Positions 23,924 through 38,492 of a stretch of DNA of 64,000 nucleotides are shown here, in pieces (positions within the stretch are counted from its first letter, which is position 1; each line of letters starts with the position of its first letter). Location: NCBI RefSeq assembly GCF_004010195.1, contig NC_057751.1, positions 14,114,812 to 14,178,811 of the forward strand, given 5' to 3'. The translations under genes were made by a program, and so were the position numbers. This DNA comes from Chiloscyllium plagiosum. Its lineage: Eukaryota. The notes under the pieces were generated by a model that saw only the letters and a program-made list of their open reading frames with translations, was not told the origin of the DNA and did no database searches.

Positions 23924-25261
23924 AACATTATAAGAAACCCAATTGGGTGTTTAGAAGGATCTTTGGGTTATGGTGAGAATATGGAACTCACTCCCACAGA
24001 GAATGGTGTCAGTGTTGGTGCGTTTAAGGGAAAGTTATACAAACGTATGAGGAGGAGTGAAATAGAGGATTCTGATAGATTTAGATAAGGAAAGCTGGGA
24101 GGAGATACAATGGGGCATAAACAGCGGTATGGATTAAGTTGCTCAATGACGTGTTTTTCTCTGCTCTCAATCCTGTATAATTTATTGTCAAGTGTCTTTG
24201 TGGCCACTTAAGTCTTCGTCCTGATTGTATGACAAAAAATAACCATGAATAACGATGAGATTTCATTCATAAGTTCACCTGGGAAGGTGCAATTTTGAAT
24301 GTGCGGCTGCAGATAAGGTGAACTGATTATAATTTGACAGATGCATAGTTGTATGTCATGTTTCATTGGCATCTTTTGGAATAGTGTGCTTGCTGATCAG
24401 TGGCTGCAAACACCTCCTGGTTTTGATGGTTGAGATTTCGCAACTCAGTGAGAAATAAACTTCTCACTTAAACATTGCTATTTTAGCCAACTTCGTGGAG
24501 GTCTGAGATTATTTTTTATCTGAATTTCTACTTGTGAGGCCAATAGTAATTTGCACCTCACTTGTGGGAATAAGCTTTTTGAAAACCCAAACAGCCCCTT
24601 AGAGTTGTCAGTTGCTGACAATGTTTGGTCTGAGTATTGTGTTTGATGATCCTGTTTTAATTAATACTCATGTTATCTATTTTACCTCCTTCCTTCTCAG
24701 ACTTGAAAGTGCTTTGTTTTGTGCCTGAGATTCATAATTGCCAGAATGTTTCCTTGACAGGAGTTCAGGCATGCTTTGATCATCGTGGCTTTTAACTTGT
24801 TACTCTACATGAAGAAATAAGCAGTGTCCATCTGCTCGGGGTACATTTTCAGAAAGCAAGTTTTTGTTTGGTCCTCTGCAGAAGGTGGAAGCCAGACAGA
24901 AGTTGCCGCCACTGCATGGAGTGAACCTCTTCGAAGATTGAAGCAGCCACAAGACCCGTCCTAAAGATTAACTTTACATCTCCCGCTTCCAAGAGGTCGG
25001 ATATCGCCTGACCATATTCTGATGGTCTACCCTATAACATAAGATTGCAGTCACAGATCTATGTCGAGTATTTGTGCAACGCTGGATCCTGACATTTTCT
25101 TTTTGTTCACTTCATGACTGCAAATTGAGAGACTGAAAGTGTAGTTTCAGTCAGTTTTTTAGGTTTACAAGTGGGATTCTTAGATTGGCAGCTCATGAGC
25201 TATCTCCTCTGCCCTGAAGCTCTTCAACCATGTCCTGAAACAGACTTGCTACCACAGTCAC

Positions 25262-25560
25262 ATCTGCTTACCTGCCAACCTTCCTTTCCACCTATCCGCT
25301 CCACCCTCCTCTCCAACCTATCACCTTCATTCCGACTTCCATCCACCTATTGTACTCATGCCACCTTCTCCTCAGCCCCCCTCCCTACCATTTATCTCTC
25401 CACCCCAGAGACTCCTCGCCTCATTGCTGGTCAATGGCTTTTGCCTGAAATGTTGATTTTTTTTTTCCTACTCCTCGGATGCTGCCTGACCTGCTGTGCT
25501 TTTCCAGCACCACTCTAATCTGGACTCTGATCTCCAGCATCTGCAGTCCTCACTTTCGCC
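25262..25560 (+). mobile_element. PLE 3' terminal region (C-rich tract plus pLTR) with an eroded hammerhead
   Basis: GGCTTTTGCCTGAAATGTTGATT...CTCGGATGCTGCCTGACCTGCTGTGCTTTTCCAGCACCAC belongs to the same family as 47500-47612 and 61790-61880. Confidence 0.7.
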
Positions 25561-25619
25561 GAGGTCATGAGATGTGACTATTTGGCCCATTGTGCCTCTG
25601 CATCACTTTTTCAGTTACA

Positions 25620-25932
25620 TGTCATAGAATCATTGAAGTGTACAAGGAGCTCAACTCATCCATGCCGACCAGATTTCCTAAACTGAACTAGTCCCGTTTG
25701 CCTGTGTTCGACCCATATCCCTCAACTTTTCCTCTCCATGTATCTGTCCAAATGTCTTTTTAAATGTTAGAATTGGACCTGCCTCCACCACTTCCTCTGG
25801 CAGCTTGTTCCATACATGCACCAGCCTCTGTGTAAAAACTTGGTCCTTTGTCCCCTTTTAAATCTATCTTCTCTCACCTTAAACCGTGGCCTTCGAGTTG
25901 GGACTTCCCTATCCTGGGAAAAGACTTTGTAC
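25620..25932 (-). mobile_element. CR1 LINE 3' end
   Basis: Reverse complement of the CR1 3' region seen at 59480-59775. Confidence 0.85.
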
Positions 25933-26719
25933 TTGGGAAATTTTGACAGTTTCTTGTGTTAACTCAGGAAACCCCACCCCAAGGAATATATTGCAGATCA
26001 TAAGTGTATTTTTTTTAAAAAAAGTTTTGTTTTGTTGCTTTTGGATCTTGTGTTCTTTTTATTTGCTTCACTGGAACTCTTGATGATTTTGAGCTCCTCT
26101 ATCAAAGCTCTCTGTAGCTTTCTTTATTCGACTGGAAACAACTCCCAACTCTCAACTGAGTCAGAGAGAGCTGCAATTTTGTACCTGGTACAGTGATTGT
26201 AAATCCCCTTTTTACCCTTGCGAAAGCCTTCATGTCATTCCTGAAGTATGGTGTCTTGTGAAGAATTCAACATTCTAGCTGATTTAAACCCTGTTTATGT
26301 GTACCTTCCTTGATTTTGTTCTCTGGTCTCTTAAAAAGCCAGAAACCTGCTTTTTGTTTTTGCTCAGCCTTCTCAATTTATTCTGTCGTGTTCATGGACT
26401 TGTGGAAAAAAAGCCCCTCTGGGTCTGCTCCTGTACCTCTGTTACAATTTTGCCATTTAATTCTACGCTGTATATCTTAAAGATCAGTGGCCTTAATACC
26501 AAACAAAAGGGATCACTGTTGCATACTCCCATCCTTTCTGGGGGAAAAAAAACCACTCATTCACCACTGGAGTCTGTTTTTTGCCCTGAGGCAAATTCCT
26601 ATCTATGTTGACACTGTTGCTTACATCCGTTGCCTTAAATTTTGCTAAAAAGGGTACGGTACTTAATTTTCACAAAGCATGGAATAAATATGTAAGCCAT
26701 CAGCTACTCTTCCATCACT

Positions 26720-28192
26720 ATCTCTTCCTGAGGTATGCCAATCTTCAGTGAATTTGATTCAGGCCACTGATATCAGAAATGGCTGGCAATATGACTCTTG
26801 CTAAGGGTCTGGATCCTGACAACGTCACGGCTGTACTGAAGTCATACTCCACGAGGAGCTACAACCCGCCCCTGCGCGTGTGCTGTTTCAGTTTAGCGAC
26901 AACACTAAAGTCTACCCACAAATGTGGAACATTGTCCAGGTCTACTGCCCCACTGGTCTACTCTCACCATACACCAATGTGTTGTCGATAGTACTATCAA
27001 GTAACACTGGGAGAACAGACCTGCTTGGTAATGCTCCGTTTCTGTTCGACAAGGTCTCAGCTCGAGACCTATGACAGCCTTGGTCCAAATGTAGGCAAGT
27101 GAGTTTCATTCATGAGGAGAAATGAGTGCCTTGATATCAAGGCAGCATTTGACAGGACGGCAGTAATAACTTTCCAAAACTGGACCCTGTAGAAATTTTG
27201 GGGGGTGGGGGGAAAGGGGTGTTTTCACTGGTTGAAGTCATGTCCCACACAAAAGAAGGAGGTTGTGATTGTTGAAGGTTAAAGATCCCTGCTCCAGATC
27301 AACACTAGTGCTAGTGTCCAAGGCTCGGCCATCTTCAGCTGACCTTGGCTTGGTTCTTAGGGAAATGGAATGTGCAATCAGAAACAAACAGGGTTCAGCA
27401 CTACTCATGACACCTCAGATACTGAAGCAGCCCATGTCCATATGCCACCAGACCTGGACAGTATCCAGGCTGGGGCTGATCAGTGGAAAGTCACATTCAG
27501 GCCACCCAAGTGCAAGGTTGTTACCATTTCCAATAAGACAGCATGTCACCACTGCCCCATGACCTTTAGTGGCATGACCATAATTGAAACCTGTACCATG
27601 AACATTCTGGGGTTACCATTGGCCAGAACTGAACTGGACCAGTCATAGAAATACTGTCGACAAGAGTAGGTCAATGGCAGGGAATCCTACAGCAGATAAT
27701 GCCCAGTGGATGTTTCACCACCGACAGGACACAAGTCACAAATGAGATGGAATATTTCCCACTTTCCTGGATGAGTGCAGCTCCAACAGCACTTGGAAAG
27801 CTCCACATCGTCCAGGACAAAACAGCCTGTTAAGGTGGCATCCAGTTCACTCACTTCATGATCAATTTACAGTGGCACGAGCATAGAACATCTGCAGAAT
27901 GTTTGACAGCCATTAATCAAGGCTCCTTCAACAATATCTTTCAAGCCTGTGACCTCTCCCACCTGAAAGGGGAAGGGCAGTCAACGTATGGGGCCGTGAC
28001 CACCTACAAATTCCCTTTCAGTTGTACTAAAGTGCAATTAAATCACTTGGATCAAAATCCTGGATGTAATTACACCTCAGATACTGCAGTGGTTCAAGAA
28101 GACAGTTTATCACCACCTTCTCTTGAGAGACTTGAGATTGGGAATAAATGTTGAACTGGCCAATACTGCCCTTATCCCATGGAAAAAAATGA
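26720..28192 (+). mobile_element. Old LINE of the L2/CR1 group, a family distinct from HER1
   Basis: Peptides KGLDPDNV..VLK, LFQFSDNTKVYPQMWNIVQV and LDIKAAFD, and a 3' end GGAATAAATGTTGAACTGGCCAATACTGCCCTTATCCCATGG. Confidence 0.7.
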
Positions 28193-28199
28193 AGGGTAT

Positions 28200-28660
28200 C
28201 TCCTTTGTTGTTCATATTCAGCTTAGTTCGATGGTACATTATTGCAAGTCCAATGATGGTAAGCCTCTCTATTTCTGTTAAATTTGGACCTTTTACTGCT
28301 TCCTGGATGATAACAAAGCATTGTAGATACTCTTCCTTTTGCAACCCCCTTGGAATATGCCAAGCTGTAGCCATGAGCTCGAGTTTGAAGGTCTTCCATT
28401 CATCACTGACTGAGTTGCTGGCTGCTTTTTGATTCCAATCCACCTGAATCCAATTCTTTTTCAACCCGTTGAAGTTAGCCACTGTCCTTGGGGTTTTCTG
28501 CTTGCTTTTAGCTTGTGCTGTTGAATAACTATTCCAAACCTGATATCATGTTGCCTGAGACCTTTCTCCAATGATGGTGACTCCATGGATTCAGTTAAGG
28601 TACTTTGGTACTCTTTGTTAACCCATGCAATCACCTAACTGTACTTTTCCCTCCCTTCCA
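28200..28660 (-). mobile_element. Old CR1 ORF2 fragment (endonuclease-RT linker)
   Basis: Peptide ANFNGLKKNWIQVDWNQKAASNSVSDEWKTFKLEL. Confidence 0.6.
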
Positions 28661-29621
28661 AGCTTACAATTTGTACAAGAGTAAATTTCATGTACAAAAA
28701 CTGTGGAAAATAATTCGCTTAAAATAAAATTATGTCAACAAACAATGCAACTTAGTGTCAGAGTTGAAGTTCTGCTGATAGTGCTTTTCTGTTTATAAAT
28801 CTTGTGGTCTATTCTTAGCTGAACAGTGTTCACTCTCTCATGTTTTTGAAAGGGCTTGGTGGTGCATTGAGTCTGCAGTGTTCGTACTGTAAATAACACT
28901 CCACAGACCAAAGGTATGCTGAACAAACCAGGCGATGATGCTGCACAAAGAGCTCAGGAACTTGGCCAAAATAAAAGGCCACTTCCCTGCTCTTTTTCTA
29001 TTGCTCTGCAAATCACTCTCTTTCCTTTCAAGTGTTGATCCACTTCTCACTTTGAAGTAACTATCGAATCTATTTCCACCGTTTCAAACGTTGAAGGCCA
29101 CATCACGCCGATTAACTGTTTTTCACGTCGCCTCTGATTCTTTTGTGAAATGTAGTAAATTTGTGTCCCCTGGTTACTGACCCTGACACGACTGGAAGCA
29201 GATTCTGTACTTCTCCAGCTACCTCTCAAATCTCCTGTCAACCTTCTCTTGTTATACGGCATTCAACCCATTTTCTCCTGTGTATCCATTTAACTCAAAT
29301 TACTCATTCGTCCTCTCGGTCTGGTGAATTTCTTCTTCACTCTTTCTGCATTCGAGTTATTGCTTCAACTATGCAGACAGTATATGCACAGTGCATTAGC
29401 TCACTACTCATTTTGATACTTCTTGTGACTCCAATAAAGCACCCTGTAATGCAGATATCAATATGTAATGATTTCACTAAGTACCTCAGCATTTGAATTT
29501 GTGCCCACCCTTGAAAATGTGAACGCAACAAGTGGAAACAAACTGATGCACCCGTCAAGAACTGAGGAGGGAATTGCTGCACTTCTAAAAAGGAAGTCAC
29601 TGAAAGTCTGGCCAAGTTGAC

Positions 29622-29911
29622 TAGATTAGATTAGATTCCCTACAGTGTGCAAACAGGCCGCTCGGCCCAACAGGTCCACACTGACCCTCCGAAGAGTAAC
29701 CCACCCAGACCCTCTGACTAATACACCAAACACTATGGGCAATTTAGTATGGCCAATTCACCTGACCTGCACATCTTTGGATTGTGGGAGGAAACCCACA
29801 CAGACGCTGGGACAATGTGCAAACTCCACACCGGTACCCGAGGCCGAAGTTGAACCTGGGACCTTGGTGCTGTGAGGCAGCGGTGCTAACCACTGAGCCA
29901 CCGTGCCTCCC
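29622..29911 (-). mobile_element. Near full-length HE1-like V-SINE
   Basis: tRNA head GGGAGGCACGGTGGCTCAGTGGTTAGCACCGCTGCCTCACAGC, V-domain and (TAGAT)n tail. It carries only one copy of the 52-bp unit. Confidence 0.92.
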
Positions 29912-32900
29912 TTTGTCACACTATTGCTTTTCAAGCGCTGGGAGAAGGCATAAGGGGAGACGGGGAATGATGCAGTGGAGAAGAATTTGGACCTCTGGAA
30001 GGGGAGGTGGTGTGACACACTCTGCTGTAAAAACAGCGGAAGTCTCACACAAGTAAGACCAGTAATAACACCAGTTCTTTTATCTTGCTAGTTGCTGTAA
30101 GCTGTTAACCTTTAGCCAGTAACTGGGCGACTTTGCAATGAGAGTAACCATTGCCTGAGCCTCTGGTGAAGAAGTGATAAGAACCTGGAGAAAGATTAAA
30201 GAGCAGGAAGTGTTGGCAAACAAAAAGCTCAGCAAATACCGTGGACTGGAGCTGTTCAACATTTTATTTTCTCTCTACATTCCCAGAGCCCAGTTCATAT
30301 TCCAATTTGTTTTCTTTTTGTTTGTTTCTGTGTGCACCCCTGTGTTAGAGAGGGACATTTGAAAGGGAATTAGAGGTTTAACTGTGTTGGCAGTTGAAGT
30401 TTACTTGTGATTATAGAGTATTAATTGGAAATAAAGCACAGGACCCTTGCCTATGTTGGACCAATCCATCAGGTAAATTTGTGGGCTGAGAATTTTAAAA
30501 CTTCTTGTGATGACACCAGGGAGAGCAGCACTTGATATCTAGTATGTTATCTTCATGCAGGTGTAGCACTAATTGCATATTCTGTATCAAGTATCAGTTG
30601 ACAGTGAAATCAGTTGGTATTCCAAATTTCCTACCCCAAAACAAACCATATCTTGCTTGGAATGAAGCAATGATCCTTGCCTCCAAAAACATGCGCTTAA
30701 CCTTACAACTATGCTCCTCTTGTCAGTCGTGGAAAGATTTCGTGGAAAGATCTAAAATGTTGACATACTGAGTCAGAATAAGTTCAGAAGTGGTGCATAG
30801 TTGCTTGTGTTTTCAATTTGCACGTTATTTGAAGGCCAGTTGTAAAGTATGCCAGTAAACTTGTTCAATATGAAATAATGACAAAATTGGATATTACTTG
30901 TGCCAATTTATTTGGCTAGAAGAAGCAAAAATGTTTCCCTTTTTATTGTAGTATGAAGTATTGATATTTAAATAATTTGAAAACTCCCTAAATCATTTTA
31001 TATCACAACATGGTACAGTGTTACCATGTCATTCAGTCTTTAACATGACCATCTCAATTACTTTGCAACACTGCTTCGGGAATGATCACACTTTAAGTAT
31101 CACATTGTCATTGCAAATAGAAAAGGTAAGTATAAAGTGACAACATAATTTGCAAAAATTTGTAATCTTAATACAAGTGGCCCAACCTACTGCATTTACA
31201 TAGAAGCTTTTTTGTTTCAAATGGTTGCTGTAAAGTCTCTTACAGTGGAAAAAAAGTTCACAGTATCTGCTGCACCATCAAAACCCTGTTAGAATGAAAT
31301 GTGGGTTTTTTATGTGGTTTGGTAACTAAACAGGGAAATGTGCACTGATGCATTGTTGCACCATTTTTTTAGTTGAGACCTTGCTGACAACACGTTGAGC
31401 TCGACTGTTAAAAAAAAAAGTTAGCATATTCAAAGGGCAGTAGGAAAATGGACTTGCATGATTTTTAGATTCCGTCTGTGTGATCTGGAGAATAAAAGGC
31501 TCACAATCACAGCACTATTTTTTTTGATGTAGTTAAAATTTAGCAGTTAAGATGTAAGAAATCGTGGAAGCCAAAACAAACAGTTGAATTTCAAGGAAGA
31601 ACTTTGTTTTTAAATGGTACCAGCAGTTATTGGATGCGTCTTATAAATGCTCCAGTTATGGCTAACTATTGTGACAAAATAGCACGATGCCAAAATATTG
31701 AATTTTCTCATTGTTAACCAATCAGAATGCTGTTGCATTATGGATTTCTTTCTTTCAAGGTTAAACAACTCTATTGAATGTAGAGTTTCTCCGACTTGCC
31801 TCAAGTGTCATTGTGGAATACTGTGAGGTATTCAGCAGAATAAGGCTCCACAATATCCCCAACAGTGCACTACGGGGAAGGCCTCCATGAAGAGAAAGGG
31901 CCCACAGGAGTGAACTCACTGAAATGCATGGAATTTTTTGGTAGCTTGACACAGTAGCCACTGAAAGGCTGTAATCCCATCCTGAAATGGCAAGGCCACA
32001 GGCACCATCACAGGAGAACGTTTCAGTTATTAGGGCTGAGAAATACTGCCTTGTGAACCTCAGGAATTGTCTATCCCAGACAGTGATGAGTTATTGAGCA
32101 TCCCCAAAACAGAGGTCCATATATTTTTGGGACTAAGAGAATCAAGAGTTGTGGAGATTGGGTGGCAAAGTGGCAGTTGTGGTTGAAGACCTTGGCACAT
32201 GATGGAACTGGTTCACATAAATGTACAGCTTATTTCTGCTGTTCACTTTTGGGTTGCGAGAGCTTCAGAATAGGAACTGATCATGGCTTTGGATTCCATT
32301 TTCAAGTTGGATTAGGGATCTGGATGTAAGCATTGAACTTGAGGTGGACACTATTAGCTTGTAAATATTTTGTTGTCAGTGTTTATGTACCAAGATCCAT
32401 TAACCATGGAGTCCAAATGCCCGTCTTTGAATTTAGTTTGATTAAAAAGGCCAACACTAACTGAGCAGTTCTCTACCAGTTTGGAGAGGCATCACCTTGT
32501 AGTTGTTGGGACTGTTCAGCAGTTCTTACAGGCCACAGATTTCCTGTGGATTGAATCTTTGGGTGAGGTCTGCAAAGCCATAATTGAGAATCTTGCGTTT
32601 GAAGAAAGACTGAGCTTCATTTACCCACCTTTATCCCAGGTTCCAAAGCTTTAAAACTAACATTTTGTTTTTACAGGTTTAAAAGTTTAATTAGCTTTTG
32701 AGATTTATTTTTTCATCCTTGTTGAGTGCACTTCAATGATCTATGTACCTGTACCCCCAAATGTCTTTGGACTCTACTCTGTCCTCTAAGTTGGTTTACA
32801 TGTTGTTTCCCCAGTTTGAAATTGAGTTGAATATTTGAACGAAAGTTGGAAGAACTGTAGTTGTTGTCTGTGATTTTGAAGAATGACAGTACGAAGGCCT

Positions 32901-34974
32901 GCAGGTGCAAACAGGAAAAAAACCCCCAAGCCTTTCTGGTTTTGAATGCCAGCAGCAATACCTGAGGGATTAATTATTTGTTCTTGGAGAGATCGTGACA
33001 ATGGGGAGGGTTAGCAACCTTAGCAATGTTGTGGCAAAAACTGGTTTTACAGATCGCCTTCTCATGTGTGTTGCACTGTATTGTTGGAGTTGCTGGGTGG
33101 CCTGTTCTTTTGGTGCTGCGCGTCGGACTCTGTAATCTGTAAATTGGGTAGTGAAAGAGAGTTGTCCGAGCCTTGTTTTCTCTGTGGGGAGCACCTTGCT
33201 TCAGCTTAGTGCCTCCACAGGCTATTCCTGAACCTTTGATGTCTGTTTGCTGCAGTATCAATTTTCATGGTCATCCCTGTGGTTAAGAAAGGAGCTAGGC
33301 TTCCTCATTGTCACTGGCTGTAATTCTGATTTTATCTTGTTATCTTCTCGTCTTTTGTGGCAGCCTCTTGCTTTACAGCACCAATCCTGCCTGATGTTCC
33401 CTTTGATTGCCTGATCCATATGTTTGTTGGGAGATCACAGAAATGCTAGAATGCTTAGCACAGAGCTTCAATTGAACTTGTTTTACTGCAGATGGTTACA
33501 AGCATTTCACTATAATCATTATATTGCTGTTTGTGATTTAAAAAAGACTTCACATGTGTCTGAAAGCAGTAATTATTTTAAATAGCAGTGAAGGGTTTAA
33601 TCTGAAATTTGAGACCACCTGCTGTGCTGTCTTGTTGGTTTGCTTGGCATGGGTGGAAAGGAGGGAAAAATAGTTGTCTGTTTCAGGGCTTGAGGATTTA
33701 GATTGTAATAACTATAAACTGACATATGGTCTGCTCATAATTGCTTGTATGCTTAAACTCACGTTTATGCTGTCTAACAGTGTTCAAGAAAATCTCTGGG
33801 GTGCCATTGGATTCATCCAACACTCAATTTTACCTGAACAGGTCTTGAAATGCATGGACAGATACAGGATGTTAGTGGTGCGATCGGACACTCCAGTTTC
33901 ACGAATAAATTCCTGCAAAAACTGCCTGAAAGAGGGGGAAGCTTTAAATGAATGAATGATCATGGTTTTCATGAGGCCAGAAGTGAAGAGTCCTGTTAAA
34001 ACTCAAGTACTTGATTCTTCTCGTTCCTGTCATTGAAACTGAGAACTGATTCCCGATGAAATATTACCCTGAATCCTTGTTTATATTACACTTTGGTCCA
34101 TTGCTGTCAAATTACCTTCACATCCAAGCCTTGCAAATTCTGGACAGTGGTAAAGCAGGCTCGCTCTGGGTCAACATCAGTAGTAATATATGCCATAAGT
34201 CATGCTGGGTTTTGAAATAAGCTACCCAAATCCAAGCCAATGCATTTTGGAATGAACCTGCCTATGTATTTGGGGGCGCAGAATATCCCATGTTTGGAAG
34301 TCTAGGGAAAAAACTTAAAAGAAAGGCATTGCTTGTTAACCTATTAATCTGAAAGACTGATGAATATCCACACAGGAGTGCAAGTTAGAATCTTCATAAA
34401 GGGGTCAAGATGAAATCTGTAATTGCAAAATACAGTCATTAACGACACTCCTTGTCCGTCTCCTGGAAAAAATTCCCAGGTGACACACTATAGGGAATCT
34501 TCAGTTATTACTAAGTAACAAAGCTGAAATCTGTTTATACTACCAAAAATACACTGAGGGATGGCTTCCCAAACTGATGGGATTATGACTTGAAATGTTG
34601 TATGCTCCTAGGTAGCACTGTCTGCCACAGTGCTCTAACCCAGTGCTAAAAGCTGTCTATTCCTTGAAAATTGTGAAATTTTCCATTGAGTTTGCTGTGG
34701 CTTAACCAGTTTGCTGCTGACTGGAAGATCCCGGTGGCCAAGAAGGTGCTCTTGCAACTTAAAAAAAACACCTGACAATGAAAGCACAAACCTCCCCTGC
34801 AAATAAAAAGCGTCTGAATTCCAGCACTGGGTGAAGACGGTAAAAATGCCCTGACCAGCCCTAATGATTTGTACATGTCGCTTTTTCTATCAGTTCTCCT
34901 GACCAATGTCGTTCAATTCAACCAAAATTCCCCACCTCCTCTGCCACAAACCCACACCCTCAAATATATCCATA

Positions 34975-35536
34975 TCATAGAGTCGTAGAGATGTACAGCA
35001 TGGTAACAGACTCTTCGGTCCAACTCGTCCATGCTGACCAGATATTCCAAACTGATCTAGTCCCATTTGCTAGCACTTGGCCTATATTCCTCCAAACCCT
35101 TCCTATTCATATACCCATCCAGATGCCTTTTAAATGTTGCAATTGTACCAGCCTCCACCACTTCCTGTGGCAGCTCATGCCATACACGTACTACCCTGTG
35201 TGTGAAAAAGTTGCCCTGTAGGTCTGTTTTATATCTTTCCCCTCTCACCCTAAACCTATGCCCTCCAGTTCTGGACTCCCCCACCCCAGGGAAGAGCTCT
35301 TGTCTATTTACCCTATCCATGCCCCACATGGTTTTATAGATCTCTATAAGGTCACCCTTCAGCCTCTGACACTCAGGGAAACAGCCCAACCCTATTCACC
35401 TTCTCCCTATAGCTCAAATCCTCCAACCCTGGCAACATCTCGTAAATCTTTATTGGAAATTTTCAAGTTTAACAATTTCCTTCCAATAGGCAGGAGACCA
35501 GAATCGCATGCAATATTCCAACAGTGGTCTCAGCAA
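34975..35536 (-). mobile_element. HER1/CR1 LINE 3' portion
   Basis: Peptide GDLIEIYKTM...FFTHRVVRVWHELPQEVVEAGTIATFKRHLDGYMNRKG. Confidence 0.93.
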
Positions 35537-36017
35537 TAATTACTTAGTTCCTTTGGTCCACATGATAAATTGCTACAGAACAGAGATCTCTTTGTCTCTA
35601 TCATATGTCGTGGAATTAGTGCATTGCAGTAGTTTTGGATTCTTGTGGCAGAAGGTGGATGTGAATGGACCAGGGAGTTTCCTCCTGTTACATTGGCACC
35701 TTCATGAGTTACTTAACAATTGTTAATTCCTGACTGTGGTTATCTTCATTTAATCAGAAATGACAGTCTGCGAATAAAAGTATTGATGTGAAAACGTTTC
35801 AGGGGAAAACAAACGTTCTTGTTTTCAAATTGTGCATTTCTGTTCCATTCTTCTTTCTCCCTTGTGCTCATTGATTCCCAGTAAAATAGCATCTTGATTT
35901 TGAAATTCATGTTCTAGTTTTTAAAAAGTCCCCATTCCCTCAACTATTCCCATCTCTGCCAACTCCCAGTAAATCAGTACTCACTTCATTCTGGCCTCTT
36001 GGGCATCCCCAATTCGA

Positions 36018-36166
36018 CAATAGGCAATAGGTGCAGGAGTAGGCCATTTGAGCCTGCACCGCCATTCAATATAATCATGGCTGATCATTCCTAATCAGTA
36101 TCCTGTTCCTGCCTTACCTCCATAACCCTTGATTCCACTATCTTTGAGAGCTCTATCCAACTCTTT
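36018..36166 (-). mobile_element. Short CR1 3' end inserted in an L2-like 3' fragment (about 35880-36330)
   Basis: Close reverse complement of 49590-49745. Confidence 0.8.
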
Positions 36167-36687
36167 ATTATTGCTTGACCACAAATGACCGCATCTTCAA
36201 TTGCTTAGGCCTTAAGTTCTTCAATTTTCTTTTTTACACCTTTTGCTCCTCGCACCTCCCTTTCCTTCTCTTAAATCACTCCTTAAAGTCTACATCTTTA
36301 ACCTGGGGGTTTGTCACATGACTTGATATCTCCTTCGAGAAGCTCATGTCACAGTTAATCCCCTTAATTTGAAGTTCTTCACTGAATTGCTTTGTGTTTG
36401 TTTCGGCTGTCTGCTGTATAATAAATATTGTTTAAGGAAGTTCAGAGTTGCGTCATTGGCTTAATTCTTTGGTTGGCATGAGAGGCTAAATTGCAATCCA
36501 AATTGTGGCTGCAAAGCTGTTGAAATTTGAGTTAATTATTGGTATTAGTTCAGCCTCCCCAGCCCTTTGGTTGAGAAACAAGACTGCTTTAGTTGTGCAA
36601 TTACTGACCTGGTTATTCGCAAGTTTCGAAGCCACAATATTTGCCATTACAAGAAGAGGAAAAGTTCATAATTGATTAAAATCACCC

Positions 36688-37330
36688 TAAATGTTGTCAT
36701 TTATCTCCAGAGGGTTGGAATATAAAAGCTCCGTTGTGCTACTGAGACTTTATAAAGCTCTGGTTAGGCCCCATTTGGAGTACTGTGTCCAGTTTTGGTC
36801 CCCACACCTCAGGAAGGACATACTGGCACTGGAGCGTGTCCAGCAGAGATTCACACTGATGATCCCTGCAATGGTAGGTCTAACATATGAGGAATGGCTG
36901 AGGATCCTGGGATTGTAAACATTGGAGTTTAGAAGATTAAGGGGAGATCTAATAGAAACTTACAAGATAATACATGGCTTGGAGAGGATGGATGCTAGGA
37001 AATTGTTTCCGTGAGGCGAGGAGACTAGGATCCATGGACACAGCCTTAGAATTAGAGGGGGTAAATTGAGAACAGAAATGCGGAGACATTTCTTCAGCCA
37101 GAGAGTGGTGGGCCTGTGGAATTCATTGCCACAGAGTGTATTAGAGGCTGGGACGCTAAATGTCTTCAATGCAGAAATTGATAAATTCTTGATGTCACAA
37201 GGAATTAAGGGTTACGGGGAGAATGCGGGTCAGTGGAGTTGAAATGCCCATCAGCCATGAATGAATGGCGGAGTGGACTCGATGGGCCGAATGGCCTTAC
37301 TTCCGTTCCTATGTCTTATGGTCTTATGGT
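36688..37330 (+). mobile_element. CR1 LINE 3' portion (relatively young)
   Basis: Peptide LYKALVRPHLEYCVQFWSPHLRKDILALERVQQRFT and a (GTCTTATG)n tail. Confidence 0.95.
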
Positions 37331-38492
37331 TAAATACGTATTTCCTAAGTACTAAATGATGTTTGTGGCAAGGATTGTGAATCTTTTGATTATATTTTGC
37401 ATTGTTAGTTCTTGAACAGTGACATCAATGTTGTCACATCTGCTTCATTGTTTGGTTGATGCAGTTTACCCATATCCGTGTTTTTCGGTCTGATGGAGGT
37501 GTGATGATACAAACGATATGGTGTGATTTCTGAGTGTGTTGTCAAAAAGGTTACTTTGTGGTCCACAGTTGCTTTGTCTTGGTTGACATAAAGCTGGAGT
37601 TTGAAGTTTGAGCTCCCTCTTGCATTTTTCATGAGGTTATCTTAGTTGGTCAGCCGATTGAGATGGCAGTTGTTTGTGATGAGGGCATCGGATATTGAAA
37701 GAGGAGAATCAGTGAACTGAAAGATGGCTCCTGGAATGTTTGTGCAAAGTCTATAGCCCACCGGTGGAACTAACCACATTCATAGTGTTAGTGAAGCCAC
37801 TACCCGCAGGAGTTCACCAGTGAACAACCAGGACGAGCAAAGCTGGCTGATATATCTGTTTTATCACTTGGTTGCCGAGGATGGTGATGTCTACTCCGAG
37901 CAGCAAAACTTGAGGAACTGAATTTGGGATCTTAACATGCTACTTTTTAAGCTGTCAGAGAGGATAGGTACGTTTTGAACATTACGCATTTGGTCAAAGG
38001 AAGAGAAAACTTCACTGCAGTTTTCTTTATGTTTGTCGGATGAGAAGTATATGGTAATCGTGACATGACCATTGATTACCAAACCACAGACTTCTGTTCT
38101 TACCAGAAAGGTGCAGGGGTTCTACTAAGCTCAGTCTAGCATGGCACACTATGCAGCTGAAGTTGGTGGTTAGCTTGGAATCCTCTGGTACCCAGCAGAG
38201 AGGTTAGATCCTCGAACAGAGTCAGGAGCTGGTACCTTGCTGGGTGGTGCTGTTGTGTCTGAGTGAGTTCTGAGAGTGTTGACAACATCTTGGGAGGGTT
38301 TCCGTGGGATGTTGGCAGGTTGTTTGGGGGACTGGTGGTTGTGGGCACCCGAGTGAAGATCTCAGATAGCAATGCAGTATGGGGAGAGGTTGCAAGTTGG
38401 AAGCAAGGAACACCTTCAACCTGAGAAGGGGTGGTTGAGCCAAAATGGTTCTACACTGGTCAGATAAGGTTCTGTAAATAATATAAATATGA

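Noticed and set aside
24700..25000. Exon-like segment after ttggtcctctgcag
   Set aside because: All three frames contain stops before a plausible donor.
29914..30520. Possible further LTR fragment
   Set aside because: No convincing paired termini or TSD.
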